Source: Ignavibacteriales bacterium (GTDB lineage Bacteria > Bacteroidota > Ignavibacteria > Ignavibacteriales > Ignavibacteriaceae). Taken from it: a stretch of 64,000 bases of DNA. Both the position numbers and the translations under genes were made by a program. How positions within the stretch are numbered: the stretch's first letter is position 1; each line of letters opens with the position of its first letter. The DNA lies in the NCBI GenBank assembly GCA_016707585.1, contig JADJHL010000008.1, forward strand, positions 433,206 to 497,205, written 5' to 3'. Shown here piece after piece: positions 1 to 9,460 of this stretch. The notes under the pieces were generated by a model. That model was given only the letters and a program-made list of their open reading frames with translations, made no database searches and had not been told where the DNA came from.

Positions 1-885
1 ACTCCATAAACTTTGTAAGATATTCTTCTTTATATGGAATTATTTTATCCAGGCTAAATAGACTTAGAAATTGTCGGCCATCAGCATCATTGTGCATTGT
101 GGTTAGTATATCATAAATAAATTTTTCGCGTTCTTTATTTTTACTTTTAGTATCAAAACTTAAAACGCCAAACAGTAATGTTTTAGATGTAGCCAAAATA
201 TGTAAGTCTTTTTTGATGTTTGGATTTAATTCGCACATCACATCAAAACTTTCTTTTGTAATTACTGCCGCATCAACTTTTTTAAAAAAGACAGGCAAAA
301 GAATATTTGTCGGTTTGTAATCAAAAAATATTTCTCCAAAGAATTTATTTTTAACAGGTAATTTATTATCTCTTAAAATTTTCTCTAACCATAGCGAAGG
401 TGTTTGCCCATCAGTTCTAGCAAGTATATTTAGTCTTTGATTCTTTAAATCACTTAAATGAGTCAAGTTTTTATCTTTTCTAGTAACTAAATAATACACA
501 AAGCCATAAGAGCCTTGAGTTTGATTAACTAAGACTGGTTTAACATTCCCTTTCTTAAGCAACTTAACTAAAGTAACCGTTGTTGAAAGTACGAAATCAA
601 AATTAGTCTTAGTAGCATCAATCAATTCTTCATCATTCTCGCAAATAACTATTTCAGCTTCATCTTCAATTCCTTTTTGTTTTTTTATCTTTTCTGTAAA
701 GATCTTTGTAAGTGCAATTGCATCTTCTGTTTTTGTGTTAAAGAAAAGTTCTTTTGAATAAATAAATCGATAAACCTTTTTTGTACCAGCATCTGAATCT
801 TGTGCAAAAAGTAAAGGAGAGAAAATGATTGACAAAACAAATAATATGATTAAGTGTTTTGTAATATTTATACCAGCAAATGCCA
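1..885 (-). CDS. PhnD-like periplasmic substrate-binding-domain protein (N-terminal part only; C-terminus lies beyond the window edge); tandem paralog of 891..1775
   Basis: Own translation from ATG at 885-883 gives MAFAGINITKHLIILFVLSIIFSPLLFAQ..., a signal peptide. It aligns along its length with the 891..1775 product, e.g. GQTPSLWLEKILRDNKLP vs GQAPSLWLDKILKDNNLP and LLPVFFKKVDAAVITKESF vs VLPVFFNKADAAIVTESAF. It is absent from the ORF track because it is truncated. Confidence 0.6.
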
Positions 886-890
886 TATTG

Positions 891-1775
891 CTACTTATAT
901 AATTCTAAAATGTTATCTAAATATTCCTGTTTAAAAGGGATCAATCTATCTACCATATAAAGTGTTAAAACCTGTTTCCCGTAATTATTTTTATGAAGTT
1001 CTTGAAGATATTTTAAAAGAAAATTTTTACGCTCTTCATCTTTGCTCCTTCCATCAGAACAAAATAAAGCATTAGGAAAAGGTTTTGATTTTAAAACTAT
1101 AATTGCTTCATTTTTAATTTTTGGATTTAATTCACAGATAAGATTGAAAGCCGATTCTGTTACAATCGCGGCATCTGCTTTGTTAAAAAATACTGGCAAA
1201 ACAACATTTGTAGTCTTATAATCAAAATTAACTTGTTTGAAATACTTATTCTGTGAAGGGAGATTATTATCCTTCAAAATTTTATCCAGCCATAATGATG
1301 GCGCCTGGCCTTCAGAATTTGAAAGAACGTAAATAATTCCATCTTTAATATCTCTAAGTGTTTTTTTATTTCCCTTTTTGTTTGTGATGAGATAGTAAAT
1401 ATCTCCATAACTATTATCGATTTCTGAAAGTAACGTTGGCTGGATGCTGAATTTCTTTTTCAATTTTAGATATTCAATTGGTGAGATATAAAGTATATCA
1501 AATTGTGTTTTTAAACTATCAAGTAATTCTTTTTCGTTCTCACAAACAGAAATTTCAAACTTAGCTTTAATATTTCCGTTTTTATTCAATTCAGCAGCTA
1601 ATATTTTAGTGGATGCTTCTACATCCTCTGGTTTAGTATTCTGGAACATACTTGATGAAATTATTAACCTGTAAACATGGTCATCATACTTTTGGCAGTA
1701 AGAAATATTATGGCCAAAAAGGACTCCAAGTAGAAGTATTATAGCTCGATATCTGATAATATTACAAATCATCAA
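891..1775 (-). CDS. PhnD-like (phosphonate-type ABC) periplasmic substrate-binding-domain protein
   Basis: 294 aa ORF with a signal peptide and overall resemblance to the Phosphonate-bd/PhnD fold family. Its start overlaps the TolC stop by 4 nt (ATGA at 1772-1775), suggesting an operon. Confidence 0.55.
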   Translation of the reverse strand: MMICNIIRYRAIILLLGVLFGHNISYCQKYDDHVYRLIISSSMFQNTKPEDVEASTKILAAELNKNGNIKAKFEISVCENEKELLDSLKTQFDILYISPIEYLKLKKKFSIQPTLLSEIDNSYGDIYYLITNKKGNKKTLRDIKDGIIYVLSNSEGQAPSLWLDKILKDNNLPSQNKYFKQVNFDYKTTNVVLPVFFNKADAAIVTESAFNLICELNPKIKNEAIIVLKSKPFPNALFCSDGRSKDEERKNFLLKYLQELHKNNYGKQVLTLYMVDRLIPFKQEYLDNILELYK

Positions 1776-3130
1776 TTTGTTTTGTTTAATAAACTTTCTA
1801 ATTGAGATTTTAATTCAGTTCTTTCATAAAGTGCAAGTTGATATTGAGCCATCATTATTGATTCCATTATTTGAGCTTCAATAAAATCGGCTACTTCGCC
1901 AATTTCGTTTTGATACGCACGTAAGTTTAAATCTCTATTTTCTGATGCAGCAATCATTGCTTCTTTAGAGCTTACTATTTTATCATCTGATTTTTTTAGC
2001 TCAGTTAACAACTGGGTTAATTTCATCTTCAAACTTTCTTCCACAAAAACTTTTTGAAATTGTAAACCCTTAAGTTCTGCTTCATTTTCTTCCACTTTAC
2101 CTGCAGTCCTAAATCCGTTAAATAACGAAAGTTGTAATCCTAATCCCAATGTAAAAACATTTTTATTTTTGTCAGTTGCAAATCCGTAATCATAACTGTT
2201 ATCAAGTCTATGATAATTTCCGAACAGAGCAAGAGAAGGATAATAATCACTTTCAGCTTCATCAATTTTTGCGTTATAAATGTTTGTAGCTATGTCAAGA
2301 TTTTTTAGATACAAGTTGGTTGAAAGAAGTTCGTTAAGTGTTTCTTGTTCTTTTGGAGTTAGATATTCAATTTCAAGTGAGGAATCTTTAATAGAAATTT
2401 CTGATGAAAGGCTTAATCCTAAATAATATTTTAATGCTGAGTTTGCTACGGAATTCTTGCTTCCTAATTCAGATACAATCCCTCTAAAGGATTCAAGACT
2501 CATTTTATTTTTTAGATAATCTAATTTACTAACAGTACCAGATCCAGTTTGATATAAACTTTCAGTTAAATGATAAGTTGCTTCAAATCTTTCAAAAGCA
2601 TCGCTACCAATTTTTAATAATTGCTGAGTTAAAATTACTGCATAGTAAGCTTTTTTAACATTAAGTGTAATTTCATTTTCTGTAAGTGCAAGATTATTTT
2701 GTGAAATTAAAATACTATGTTCAACCTGATCAATAATTGATGAAATTTTTCCACCAGTAAAAACAGGATAAACTAAAGTTAGATCTGTCATTATACTTTT
2801 GTTATCTAATAATTTTATATCCTGAGGAGGTAAATTAATTTCAAGAGGAGGAAACGAGAATGTTGAAGATGGGAAAATAAAATTTTGCGGCTCATCCTGT
2901 ATAAATGCTTTTGATGAAAGTTCTAAGCTTGGCCATCTACCAGATTCTGCTTGCTTCAAGTGGGATTTACTTACTTCAATTTTTGTTGAGGCAATTTGTT
3001 TTTGTTTACTATTTTCCATCGCTAAAGTAATACAATCATTTAGCGAAAGATTTAAGTAAGATTTTTCCTGAGGCAATATTGTTTGAATTGCAAAAGGCAA
3101 AATTAGTAGAACAGCAAGTATAAGTTTCAT
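1772..3130 (-). CDS. TolC-family outer membrane efflux protein
   Basis: 452 aa with a signal peptide and two repeated OEP-like halves with coiled-coil segments. Motifs such as LSLNDCITLAMENS and RAYQNEIGEVADFIEAQ are typical of the outer membrane efflux protein family. Confidence 0.8.
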   Translation of the reverse strand: MKLILAVLLILPFAIQTILPQEKSYLNLSLNDCITLAMENSKQKQIASTKIEVSKSHLKQAESGRWPSLELSSKAFIQDEPQNFIFPSSTFSFPPLEINLPPQDIKLLDNKSIMTDLTLVYPVFTGGKISSIIDQVEHSILISQNNLALTENEITLNVKKAYYAVILTQQLLKIGSDAFERFEATYHLTESLYQTGSGTVSKLDYLKNKMSLESFRGIVSELGSKNSVANSALKYYLGLSLSSEISIKDSSLEIEYLTPKEQETLNELLSTNLYLKNLDIATNIYNAKIDEAESDYYPSLALFGNYHRLDNSYDYGFATDKNKNVFTLGLGLQLSLFNGFRTAGKVEENEAELKGLQFQKVFVEESLKMKLTQLLTELKKSDDKIVSSKEAMIAASENRDLNLRAYQNEIGEVADFIEAQIMESIMMAQYQLALYERTELKSQLESLLNKTN

Positions 3131-3466
3131 AGTAATCCTTTGCTGAATATGTTGAACTTAATAAATATTCTAATTATTTGGTATTTAAACGACAAATAAT
3201 GTTCCAAGTTGTGGGGCAAGAGTTGCCTTCTGTTAACTATTGTAAAGTAAGAATGCTTACAAAAATCAAAGAGTACTTTGTATTAAATGAAAAAAAATCT
3301 TTAAGCGGATTATTTTGTTTTACATATTTAGTCAACTGAACATTATTATCCATTTATAAAGTCATTATCGAAAATTTTTACGAATTGTTTTGTTTTGAAA
3401 TTTTAATTGAAGTTTTTTTTTACTTTTTAAGCTTTGTAACTTAAAAACATTAAACAACTAAATTTT

Positions 3467-4312
3467 ATGCAAATAGGCAAATACAAATTAAAAACAATTC
3501 AATCTGGTAATTTTAGATTGGATGGCGGTGCTATGTTTGGAATAATTCCAAAACCACTTTGGGAGAAAACCAACCCACCTGATGAATTAAATCGTGTTAC
3601 ACTTTCTACAAGAAATTTGTTATTGATTAGTGATGATAAAAAGATTTTGATTGATACCGGAATGGGAAAAAAGTGGGATGATAAATCCAAAAATATTTAT
3701 AGCATAGATCCTAAGCTTAATCTTGAACTTGCACTTGAACATAATGGAATTAAATCAGAGGAAATAACAGATGTTCTTTTAACTCATCTTCATTTTGATC
3801 ACACTGGTGGATCAACAAAATATGAAAATGGAAAACTTATTCCTGCTTTTTCAAATGCAAAATATTTTGTACAAAAGAAAAATTTTGAATGGGCAATGAA
3901 TCCAACTGATAGAGATAAAGGAAGCTACATCAAAGAAAATTTTGAACCACTTGTTAAAGAAGGAGTTCTAAATCTAATTGATGGCGAAATTAATTTTGAT
4001 GAAAATATTTCTTTTAGAATTATAAATGGACATACGTTTGCACAACAGATGATTAAAATTTCTGATTCATCAAACACAATTTTGTATTGTGCTGATCTAA
4101 TGCCTTTTGTTTCGCAAATCAGAATTCCATATGTAATGGGATATGATTTACAACCAATGATTACTGTTAATGAAAAGAAAAAATATTTAGAATTAGCTGC
4201 CGATGAAAATTGGCATATTTATTTTGGACACGATCCTGAATTTGCATTAGCAACTGTCAAGCATTCAGAAAAAGGAATTGTTCAAGATAAGGTTTTTAAG
4301 GATTTTGAATAA
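3467..4312 (+). CDS. MBL-fold metallo-hydrolase
   Basis: HxHxDH zinc motif (LTHLHFDHTGG), 281 aa. Confidence 0.8.
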   Translation: MQIGKYKLKTIQSGNFRLDGGAMFGIIPKPLWEKTNPPDELNRVTLSTRNLLLISDDKKILIDTGMGKKWDDKSKNIYSIDPKLNLELALEHNGIKSEEITDVLLTHLHFDHTGGSTKYENGKLIPAFSNAKYFVQKKNFEWAMNPTDRDKGSYIKENFEPLVKEGVLNLIDGEINFDENISFRIINGHTFAQQMIKISDSSNTILYCADLMPFVSQIRIPYVMGYDLQPMITVNEKKKYLELAADENWHIYFGHDPEFALATVKHSEKGIVQDKVFKDFE

Positions 4313-4641
4313 TGGAAGATGGATATACAAAAATTTGTACAGTTTCTGAGCTAAATGAAAATCTAGGAAAAAGATTTTTAGTTAATGATGTTGATATTGC
4401 AGTGTTTAAAGTAAACGGAGAAGTTTTTGTGTTAAATAACACTTGTCCTCATCAGCATACAACAATAATTTATGATGGATTTATTGAAGATGGTTGTGTT
4501 GTTTGTCCTGCTCATGGTTGGATGTTTAATCTAAAAACCGGTAAGCAACCAACAGGTGCAAGAGGATTGGATTCTTATCCAGTTAAAATCATAAATGATG
4601 AGGTATTCGCTTTAGTAAAAGCAAAAGAATTAAAATGGTGA
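4312..4641 (+). CDS. Rieske [2Fe-2S] domain protein, NirD-like small subunit type
   Basis: CPHQH ... CPAHGW Rieske ligand motifs, 109 aa. Its ATG overlaps the stop of the MBL gene (TAATG). Confidence 0.75.
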   Translation: MEDGYTKICTVSELNENLGKRFLVNDVDIAVFKVNGEVFVLNNTCPHQHTTIIYDGFIEDGCVVCPAHGWMFNLKTGKQPTGARGLDSYPVKIINDEVFALVKAKELKW

Positions 4642-4653
4642 TGATATTCTTTA

Positions 4654-5574
4654 ATGGCTAAACTTACAAATCAAATAGTAATAGAAAAAGCAAAGCAACT
4701 TGGATTTGATCTTGTTGGATTTGCTAAAGCTGATTTGCTCGTTGAAGAAAGTATAAAACTAGAAAGCTGGTTAGAAAACGGCTATCAAGCTTCTATGAGT
4801 TATATGGAGAAGAATTTTTATAAAAGAAAAGATGTAAAAGAAATTCTACCAAATGCTAAAAGTGTTATTTCACTAGCAATTAATTATTACACACCAGAAA
4901 AATATTTTAATGAAATAGATAAAGGCAAGGTTTCACGTTATGCCTGGGGAAAAGATTACCATCTCATCATCTGGCAAAAACTTGATGAACTTGAATTGAT
5001 GCTTAAGGAAGTTGATCCGGAATTTGAATCTCTTTCTTATGTCGATACCGGTCCTGTTATGGATAAAGCCTGGGCCGTTCGAGCTGGAATTGGTTGGATG
5101 GGAAAACATACAAATGTAATCAATCCTGATTATGGAAGCTGGTTTTTCATCGCAACAATAATAACAAATTATGAATTTGATTATGCGGAAATGATGACTG
5201 ATCATTGTGGAACTTGCACAGCTTGTATTGATGCCTGTCCAACAAATGCAATTATTCAGGAATATGTTGTTGATGCGAATAAATGTATTTCATTTCAGAC
5301 AATTGAAAATAAAGTTGAAATACCAGTTGAATTAAAAGGGAATTTTGATAACTGGATTTTTGGTTGTGATATTTGTCAGGATGTTTGTCCCTGGAACCAA
5401 AAGTTTTCTGTTATAAGTTCAGTTAAAGAATTTCATCCACTAAATAAGGAACTGACTTATGATGAAGTTATGAATTTAGATAATCAAACATTTAAAGAAC
5501 AATTTGCAGAGAGCCCAATAAATAGAACAAAGCTAAAAGGCTTACAACGCAACGCAAAATTTTTATTTGAATGA
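4654..5574 (+). CDS. queG: tRNA epoxyqueuosine(34) reductase
   Basis: Full-length similarity pattern to QueG. It has two ferredoxin-type motifs (CGTCTACIDACP, CDICQDVCPWN) and the WMGKHT segment. Confidence 0.85.
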   Translation: MAKLTNQIVIEKAKQLGFDLVGFAKADLLVEESIKLESWLENGYQASMSYMEKNFYKRKDVKEILPNAKSVISLAINYYTPEKYFNEIDKGKVSRYAWGKDYHLIIWQKLDELELMLKEVDPEFESLSYVDTGPVMDKAWAVRAGIGWMGKHTNVINPDYGSWFFIATIITNYEFDYAEMMTDHCGTCTACIDACPTNAIIQEYVVDANKCISFQTIENKVEIPVELKGNFDNWIFGCDICQDVCPWNQKFSVISSVKEFHPLNKELTYDEVMNLDNQTFKEQFAESPINRTKLKGLQRNAKFLFE

Positions 5575-5666
5575 TCACATTCTGCTTCTTGAATCTTCCC
5601 CAACTTATCTGAATCTTACAAGTACAAAAAATTTAATTTTAGCTCATATTCAGTTTTGGAGAAAAA

Positions 5667-6626
5667 ATGTCTGAACAATCAAATCAAAAGAATCATTTTA
5701 AAGTTTTAATAATCGGTTCTGGTCCAGCAGGACTAACAGCCGCAATTTATACCGGTCGTGCAAATCTTAATCCTGTTATTTTTGAAGGAATGCAACCTGG
5801 CGGACAATTAACTATCACAACGGAAGTTGAAAACTATCCTGGTTTCGAACACGGAATTGATGGTCCAGCTTTAATGGATGTTATGCGTAAACAAGCTCAG
5901 CGTTTTGGTGCACAATCTTTTTACAAAGAAATAACAGAAGTTGATTTTTCAAGTCGTCCTTTCAAAGTAAAATCGTATGATGAAAATTATACTGCTGATT
6001 CAATTATCATCTCAACGGGAGCCTCAGCAAAATTACTTGGATTAGAAAGTGAAACAAAATATATGGGTTACGGTGTTTCTGCTTGTGCAACCTGCGATGG
6101 ATTTTTCTTTAAAGGATTAAAAGTAATTGTTGTCGGCGGTGGTGATACAGCAATGGAAGAAGCAAACTTTTTAACCAAATTTGCAAGTGAAGTTACTGTG
6201 ATACATAGAAGAGATGAATTCCGTGCATCAAAAATTATGACTGAACGAACTCAGAAAAATCCAAAGATAAAATTGTTAACCAACAAAGTAATCAAAGAGG
6301 TTATTGGAACTGAAGAGAATGGCAGAAAAAGTATGACCGGGGTTATACTTGAAGATACAAAAGATGGTTCAGTTTGTGAATTTAAAGCTGATGGACTATT
6401 TATTGGAATTGGACATCAACCAAATACAAAACTGTTTAATGGAATTTTAGATATGGATGAAACCGGTTATCTCAAAACAAAACCTGGTTCAACTTATACA
6501 AATATTGAAGGAGTTTTTGCTGCTGGCGATGTTGCGGATCATACATATAGACAAGCAATAACTGCTGCTGGTAGTGGTTGTATGGCTGCACTTGACGCAG
6601 AAAGATGGTTAGAAGCACAGGAATAA
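5667..6626 (+). CDS. trxB: thioredoxin-disulfide reductase
   Basis: GSGPAG FAD motif, redox-active CATCDG, GGGDTAMEEA NADPH motif, 319 aa. Confidence 0.9.
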   Translation: MSEQSNQKNHFKVLIIGSGPAGLTAAIYTGRANLNPVIFEGMQPGGQLTITTEVENYPGFEHGIDGPALMDVMRKQAQRFGAQSFYKEITEVDFSSRPFKVKSYDENYTADSIIISTGASAKLLGLESETKYMGYGVSACATCDGFFFKGLKVIVVGGGDTAMEEANFLTKFASEVTVIHRRDEFRASKIMTERTQKNPKIKLLTNKVIKEVIGTEENGRKSMTGVILEDTKDGSVCEFKADGLFIGIGHQPNTKLFNGILDMDETGYLKTKPGSTYTNIEGVFAAGDVADHTYRQAITAAGSGCMAALDAERWLEAQE

Positions 6627-6650
6627 AGACGCAACTGAATTAAAAATAAC

Positions 6651-6704
6651 GAACAAGGAATTATGAATTTAGAAGTTTAACTTTTTCATTCAATATTCCT
6701 TGTT
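6651..6704. terminator. long hairpin between convergent trxB and 6717..7070 (putative bidirectional terminator)
   Basis: gaacaaggaat (6651-6661) is the exact reverse complement of attccttgttc (6694-6704). Inner tgaat/attca pairing is also present. Confidence 0.4.
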
Positions 6705-6716
6705 CAAAATTCAAAA

Positions 6717-7070
6717 TTATGATCTTTCCTTTTTCATCTTATCAGATAAAACATTAGCTACTACAAATCCAATTCCAGTTCCTACAAACAATGAAAGCGG
6801 AACCCAATATTCTTTTGATGTTGTATCTTCCATAAACATTCCAAATCCTAAACCAACTCCGAATGCAATTGAGATGATACCGATTTTCATCAACCATAGC
6901 CCGTCTTTTTTTTCCTGGAAGAATTGTTTAATCTCTTCTGTTGATAATCCTTTTTCTATAAGCATTTGCTTTTCTTTTGAATGCAAATAGAAATGTATAA
7001 TCAAAACTGCTCCGATGACGAGAGTTATGATTATTGGGATAAATACTGCGATAATTTCTGGTCCGTGCAT
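6717..7070 (-). CDS. small integral membrane protein (DUF6249-like), divergent from the ECF sigma operon
   Basis: 117 aa with hydrophobic helices at the N-terminus, middle and C-terminus and a charged linker EKQMLIEKGLSTEEIKQFF. An AAGGAG RBS (ctcctt at 7078-7083 on +) precedes it. The DUF family name is from memory and uncertain. Confidence 0.6.
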   Translation of the reverse strand: MHGPEIIAVFIPIIITLVIGAVLIIHFYLHSKEKQMLIEKGLSTEEIKQFFQEKKDGLWLMKIGIISIAFGVGLGFGMFMEDTTSKEYWVPLSLFVGTGIGFVVANVLSDKMKKERS

Positions 7071-7118
7071 TTTATATCTCCTTAATTTAATTTCAATTTA
7101 TTTCTTCGTCTACTCCAT

Positions 7119-7226
7119 TTGACTAAACACTTAAAGTTTAGGTTACAAATTGATTCTATAAATATTTCAAACTAAATTTCTACCGCATATAGATATTTGT
7201 AACCTTTGGCAAGATGAATTAGTCTA
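7119..7226. promoter_or_regulatory. mirror-image pair of putative ECF-type promoters (ATTTGTAACCT-N16-GTCWA), one per strand
   Basis: aggttacaaat (7140-7150) and atttgtaacct (7195-7205) are perfect 11-nt inverted copies. Each GTAACC is followed after exactly 17 nt by GTC: GTCTA at 7222-7226 on +, and GTCAA as the complement of 7119-7123 on -. Confidence 0.4.
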
Positions 7227-7228
7227 TT

Positions 7229-7801
7229 ATGATAATGAAAAACCTTACCGATGTTGAGATAATTGAGTCCGTAAAAAAAGGTAATCAAGCGGATTATGCT
7301 GTTCTTATCGATCGATATAAGAATAAAGCATTTACTATGCTTAAACGAATGTTGAAAAATGATTTTGATGCCGAAGAAGTTTTGATGGATTGTTTTTTGA
7401 AAGCTTATAATAATCTTAGTTCTTTCAAGTTTGAAGCTAAATTTTCAACTTGGTTTTACAGAATTGTTTATAATTCAGCTTTAACAAAACTTTCGAGTGC
7501 AAAAAGAAAAATTGAAAATGAGATGAGTACTGTGGATGATTTGCAATATCTTGAAAGTAAATATCTGGCTGATGATTTTATTAAGGAAGATAATTCTATG
7601 CTGATAAAAAAAATCATTAATGAACTTCCATCAAAAAATGCAGCTGTAGTAACAATGTTTTATCTTGAAGAGTTCAGTACTGAAGAAATAAGTGATGTTT
7701 TACAGATTTCTGTTGCAAATGTAAAAGTTATTTTACATCGATCGCGAAATCTATTAAGAGAAATAATTGAAAAAAGAAATTTAGTTCAGGAAATATTATG
7801 A
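7229..7801 (+). CDS. RNA polymerase ECF (sigma-70 family, group 4) sigma factor
   Basis: 190 aa with region 2 (FSTWFYRIVYNSAL) and region 4 HTH (EEISDVLQISVANVKVILHRSR). The start could be the second ATG at 7235. Confidence 0.85.
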   Translation: MIMKNLTDVEIIESVKKGNQADYAVLIDRYKNKAFTMLKRMLKNDFDAEEVLMDCFLKAYNNLSSFKFEAKFSTWFYRIVYNSALTKLSSAKRKIENEMSTVDDLQYLESKYLADDFIKEDNSMLIKKIINELPSKNAAVVTMFYLEEFSTEEISDVLQISVANVKVILHRSRNLLREIIEKRNLVQEIL

Positions 7802-8010
7802 AAAACATTAATGATGAATTATTGAATAAGTATTTAGATGATGAACTTAATCGTGAAGAAAAAGATTTAGTTAAAACTTCGATTGAGAATTCATTAGAAG
7901 TTAAGAAGAGATATGAGACGCTATTAAAAGCGCATAATCTTTTTAACTCAGTTGAAGTAGAATCACCCTCGATCGATTTTACAAAACTTGTTATGAATAA
8001 GTTGAACTAA
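7798..8010 (+). CDS. anti-sigma factor, N-terminal cytoplasmic domain (reading frame appears interrupted downstream)
   Basis: Overlaps the sigma gene stop (ATGA). LNKYLDDELNREEKDLV is a typical anti-sigma N-terminus. No TM segment lies in this ORF, but one follows in other frames. Confidence 0.6.
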   Translation: MKNINDELLNKYLDDELNREEKDLVKTSIENSLEVKKRYETLLKAHNLFNSVEVESPSIDFTKLVMNKLN

Positions 8011-8021
8011 GAGTGGAATAA

Positions 8022-8305
8022 TTGCTCACAACAGAAAAAATTTTTAGTCTTATATTATCTCTATTGGGCTTGATAATTCTGGGAATTACCGGATACTTGT
8101 TTGTATCAAATTATTTCTTCAATTCAACCAGTCAATCATCAGAAATAGTTACAAATTATTCAAACACTATTGGTGATTATTTTTCAAAATTATTTGGACA
8201 AAAAATCTTTCAATATTAGGTTCAGCTTTATCATTTATTATGTTGATTTCTGGATACTTCCTATATGATTATCAGAAACATTCTAAAAATAATTTTAGCC
8301 ATTAA
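8022..8305 (+). pseudogene. continuation of the anti-sigma factor (TM helices), split by apparent homopolymer frameshifts
   Basis: Frame 0 gives IFSLILSLLGLIILGITGYLFV... and stops at 8219. Adding one A to the A6 run at 8200-8205 joins it to KNLSILGSALSFIMLISGYFLYDYQKHSKNNFSH (stop 8303-8305). The A6 run at 8035-8040 lies at the upstream junction. Confidence 0.4.
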
Positions 8306-8312
8306 TCTGTAA

Positions 8313-8397
8313 GTCATTTCGAAGGAGTTTTCGACTGAGAAATCTGTTTGAAAGTCACTGAAGATTTCTCCCCGACTAAAGTCGGATTCGAAATGAC
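8313..8397. repeat. GTCAT...ATGAC-bounded intergenic palindromic element with nested hairpins
   Basis: The outer stem pairs gtcatttcgaa (8313-8323) with ttcgaaatgac (8387-8397). One inner stem pairs gagaaatct (8337-8345) with agatttctc (8362-8370). A second inner stem pairs ccgac with gtcgg (8372-8385). Confidence 0.6.
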
Positions 8398-8492
8398 AAT
8401 ATTCAATTGTGCTTCAAGTTTTATAAAAACCAAGTCATTAATCCAAGTCACATTTCGTATATTTGCACATCATTAAAAAATAAAAGACAAGA

Positions 8493-9407
8493 ATGAATAC
8501 AAAAGCCGGTTACGCTGCTATTATTGGATTGCCAAATGTTGGTAAATCAACTCTTATGAATGCTTTGCTAGGACAAAAAATTTCCATCACAACATCAAAA
8601 CCGCAAACAACACGTAAAAGAATACTTGGAATCTTATCTGAAGAAAATTATCAAGTAGTTTTTCTGGATACTCCGGGAATTTTAAAACCTGCATATCTTC
8701 TGCAAGAAAAAATGATGGATGATATTGATCTTTCTGTTAAGGATGCAGATGTATTTGTAATTATTTATGATGTAAGTTCAGAACAATCATTCAAAGGATC
8801 AGAAGAAAATGAATACATTCAGAAAGTAATTAGCGAAAAAAAGAATCCAAAAATTCTTGTGCTTAATAAGATTGATACAATTTCACAGGAGCAGGCACTT
8901 TCATTGATTGAGAGATTTGAAAAACAGAATATCTTTAAATCAGTTATACCCGTTTCTGCAAATCTTAAATTTAACCTGGAAAGATTACTAAACGATATTG
9001 TTGAGTGTTTGCCTGAAGGTGCAAAATTTTACCCTGATGATATTGTTTCTGAAGAGACTGAAAGATTTTTTGTTACTGAAATAATTCGTGAAAAATTATT
9101 TGAACTTTATGAAGATGAAGTTCCATATAGCTGCGAAGTTTTAATTGCTGAATTTATTGAAAGAGAAAACTCGAAAGATTATATCAGTGCAGAAATTGTA
9201 GTTGAAAGAGAATCTCAAAAGCCAATAATTATTGGAAAAGAAGGAAGAGCAATTAAATCACTTGGCGAAAAATCCCGTAAAGCAATTGAAGAATTTTTAG
9301 ATCGTGAAGTTTATCTTGAACTTAGAGTAAAGGTTAGAGAAAAATGGCGTTCAAATCTAAATATGTTAAAGTCGTTTGGATATGTGCGAAGTAAGGATAA
9401 GGAGTAG
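8493..9407 (+). CDS. era: GTPase Era
   Basis: G1 GLPNVGKST, G3 DTPG, G4 NKID, and a C-terminal KH domain (IIGKEGRAIKSLG). Confidence 0.9.
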   Translation: MNTKAGYAAIIGLPNVGKSTLMNALLGQKISITTSKPQTTRKRILGILSEENYQVVFLDTPGILKPAYLLQEKMMDDIDLSVKDADVFVIIYDVSSEQSFKGSEENEYIQKVISEKKNPKILVLNKIDTISQEQALSLIERFEKQNIFKSVIPVSANLKFNLERLLNDIVECLPEGAKFYPDDIVSEETERFFVTEIIREKLFELYEDEVPYSCEVLIAEFIERENSKDYISAEIVVERESQKPIIIGKEGRAIKSLGEKSRKAIEEFLDREVYLELRVKVREKWRSNLNMLKSFGYVRSKDKE

Positions 9408-9460
9408 TTCAAGTTCATGTATAAGTTCAAGTAAAAATATTAGCATCTTTTAAATATTCT

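Noticed and set aside
6700-6990. 96-aa + strand ORF
   Set aside because: It lies entirely antisense to the better-supported membrane protein gene 6717..7070, which has an RBS and clear TM helices. Its own translation is low-complexity with no start context.
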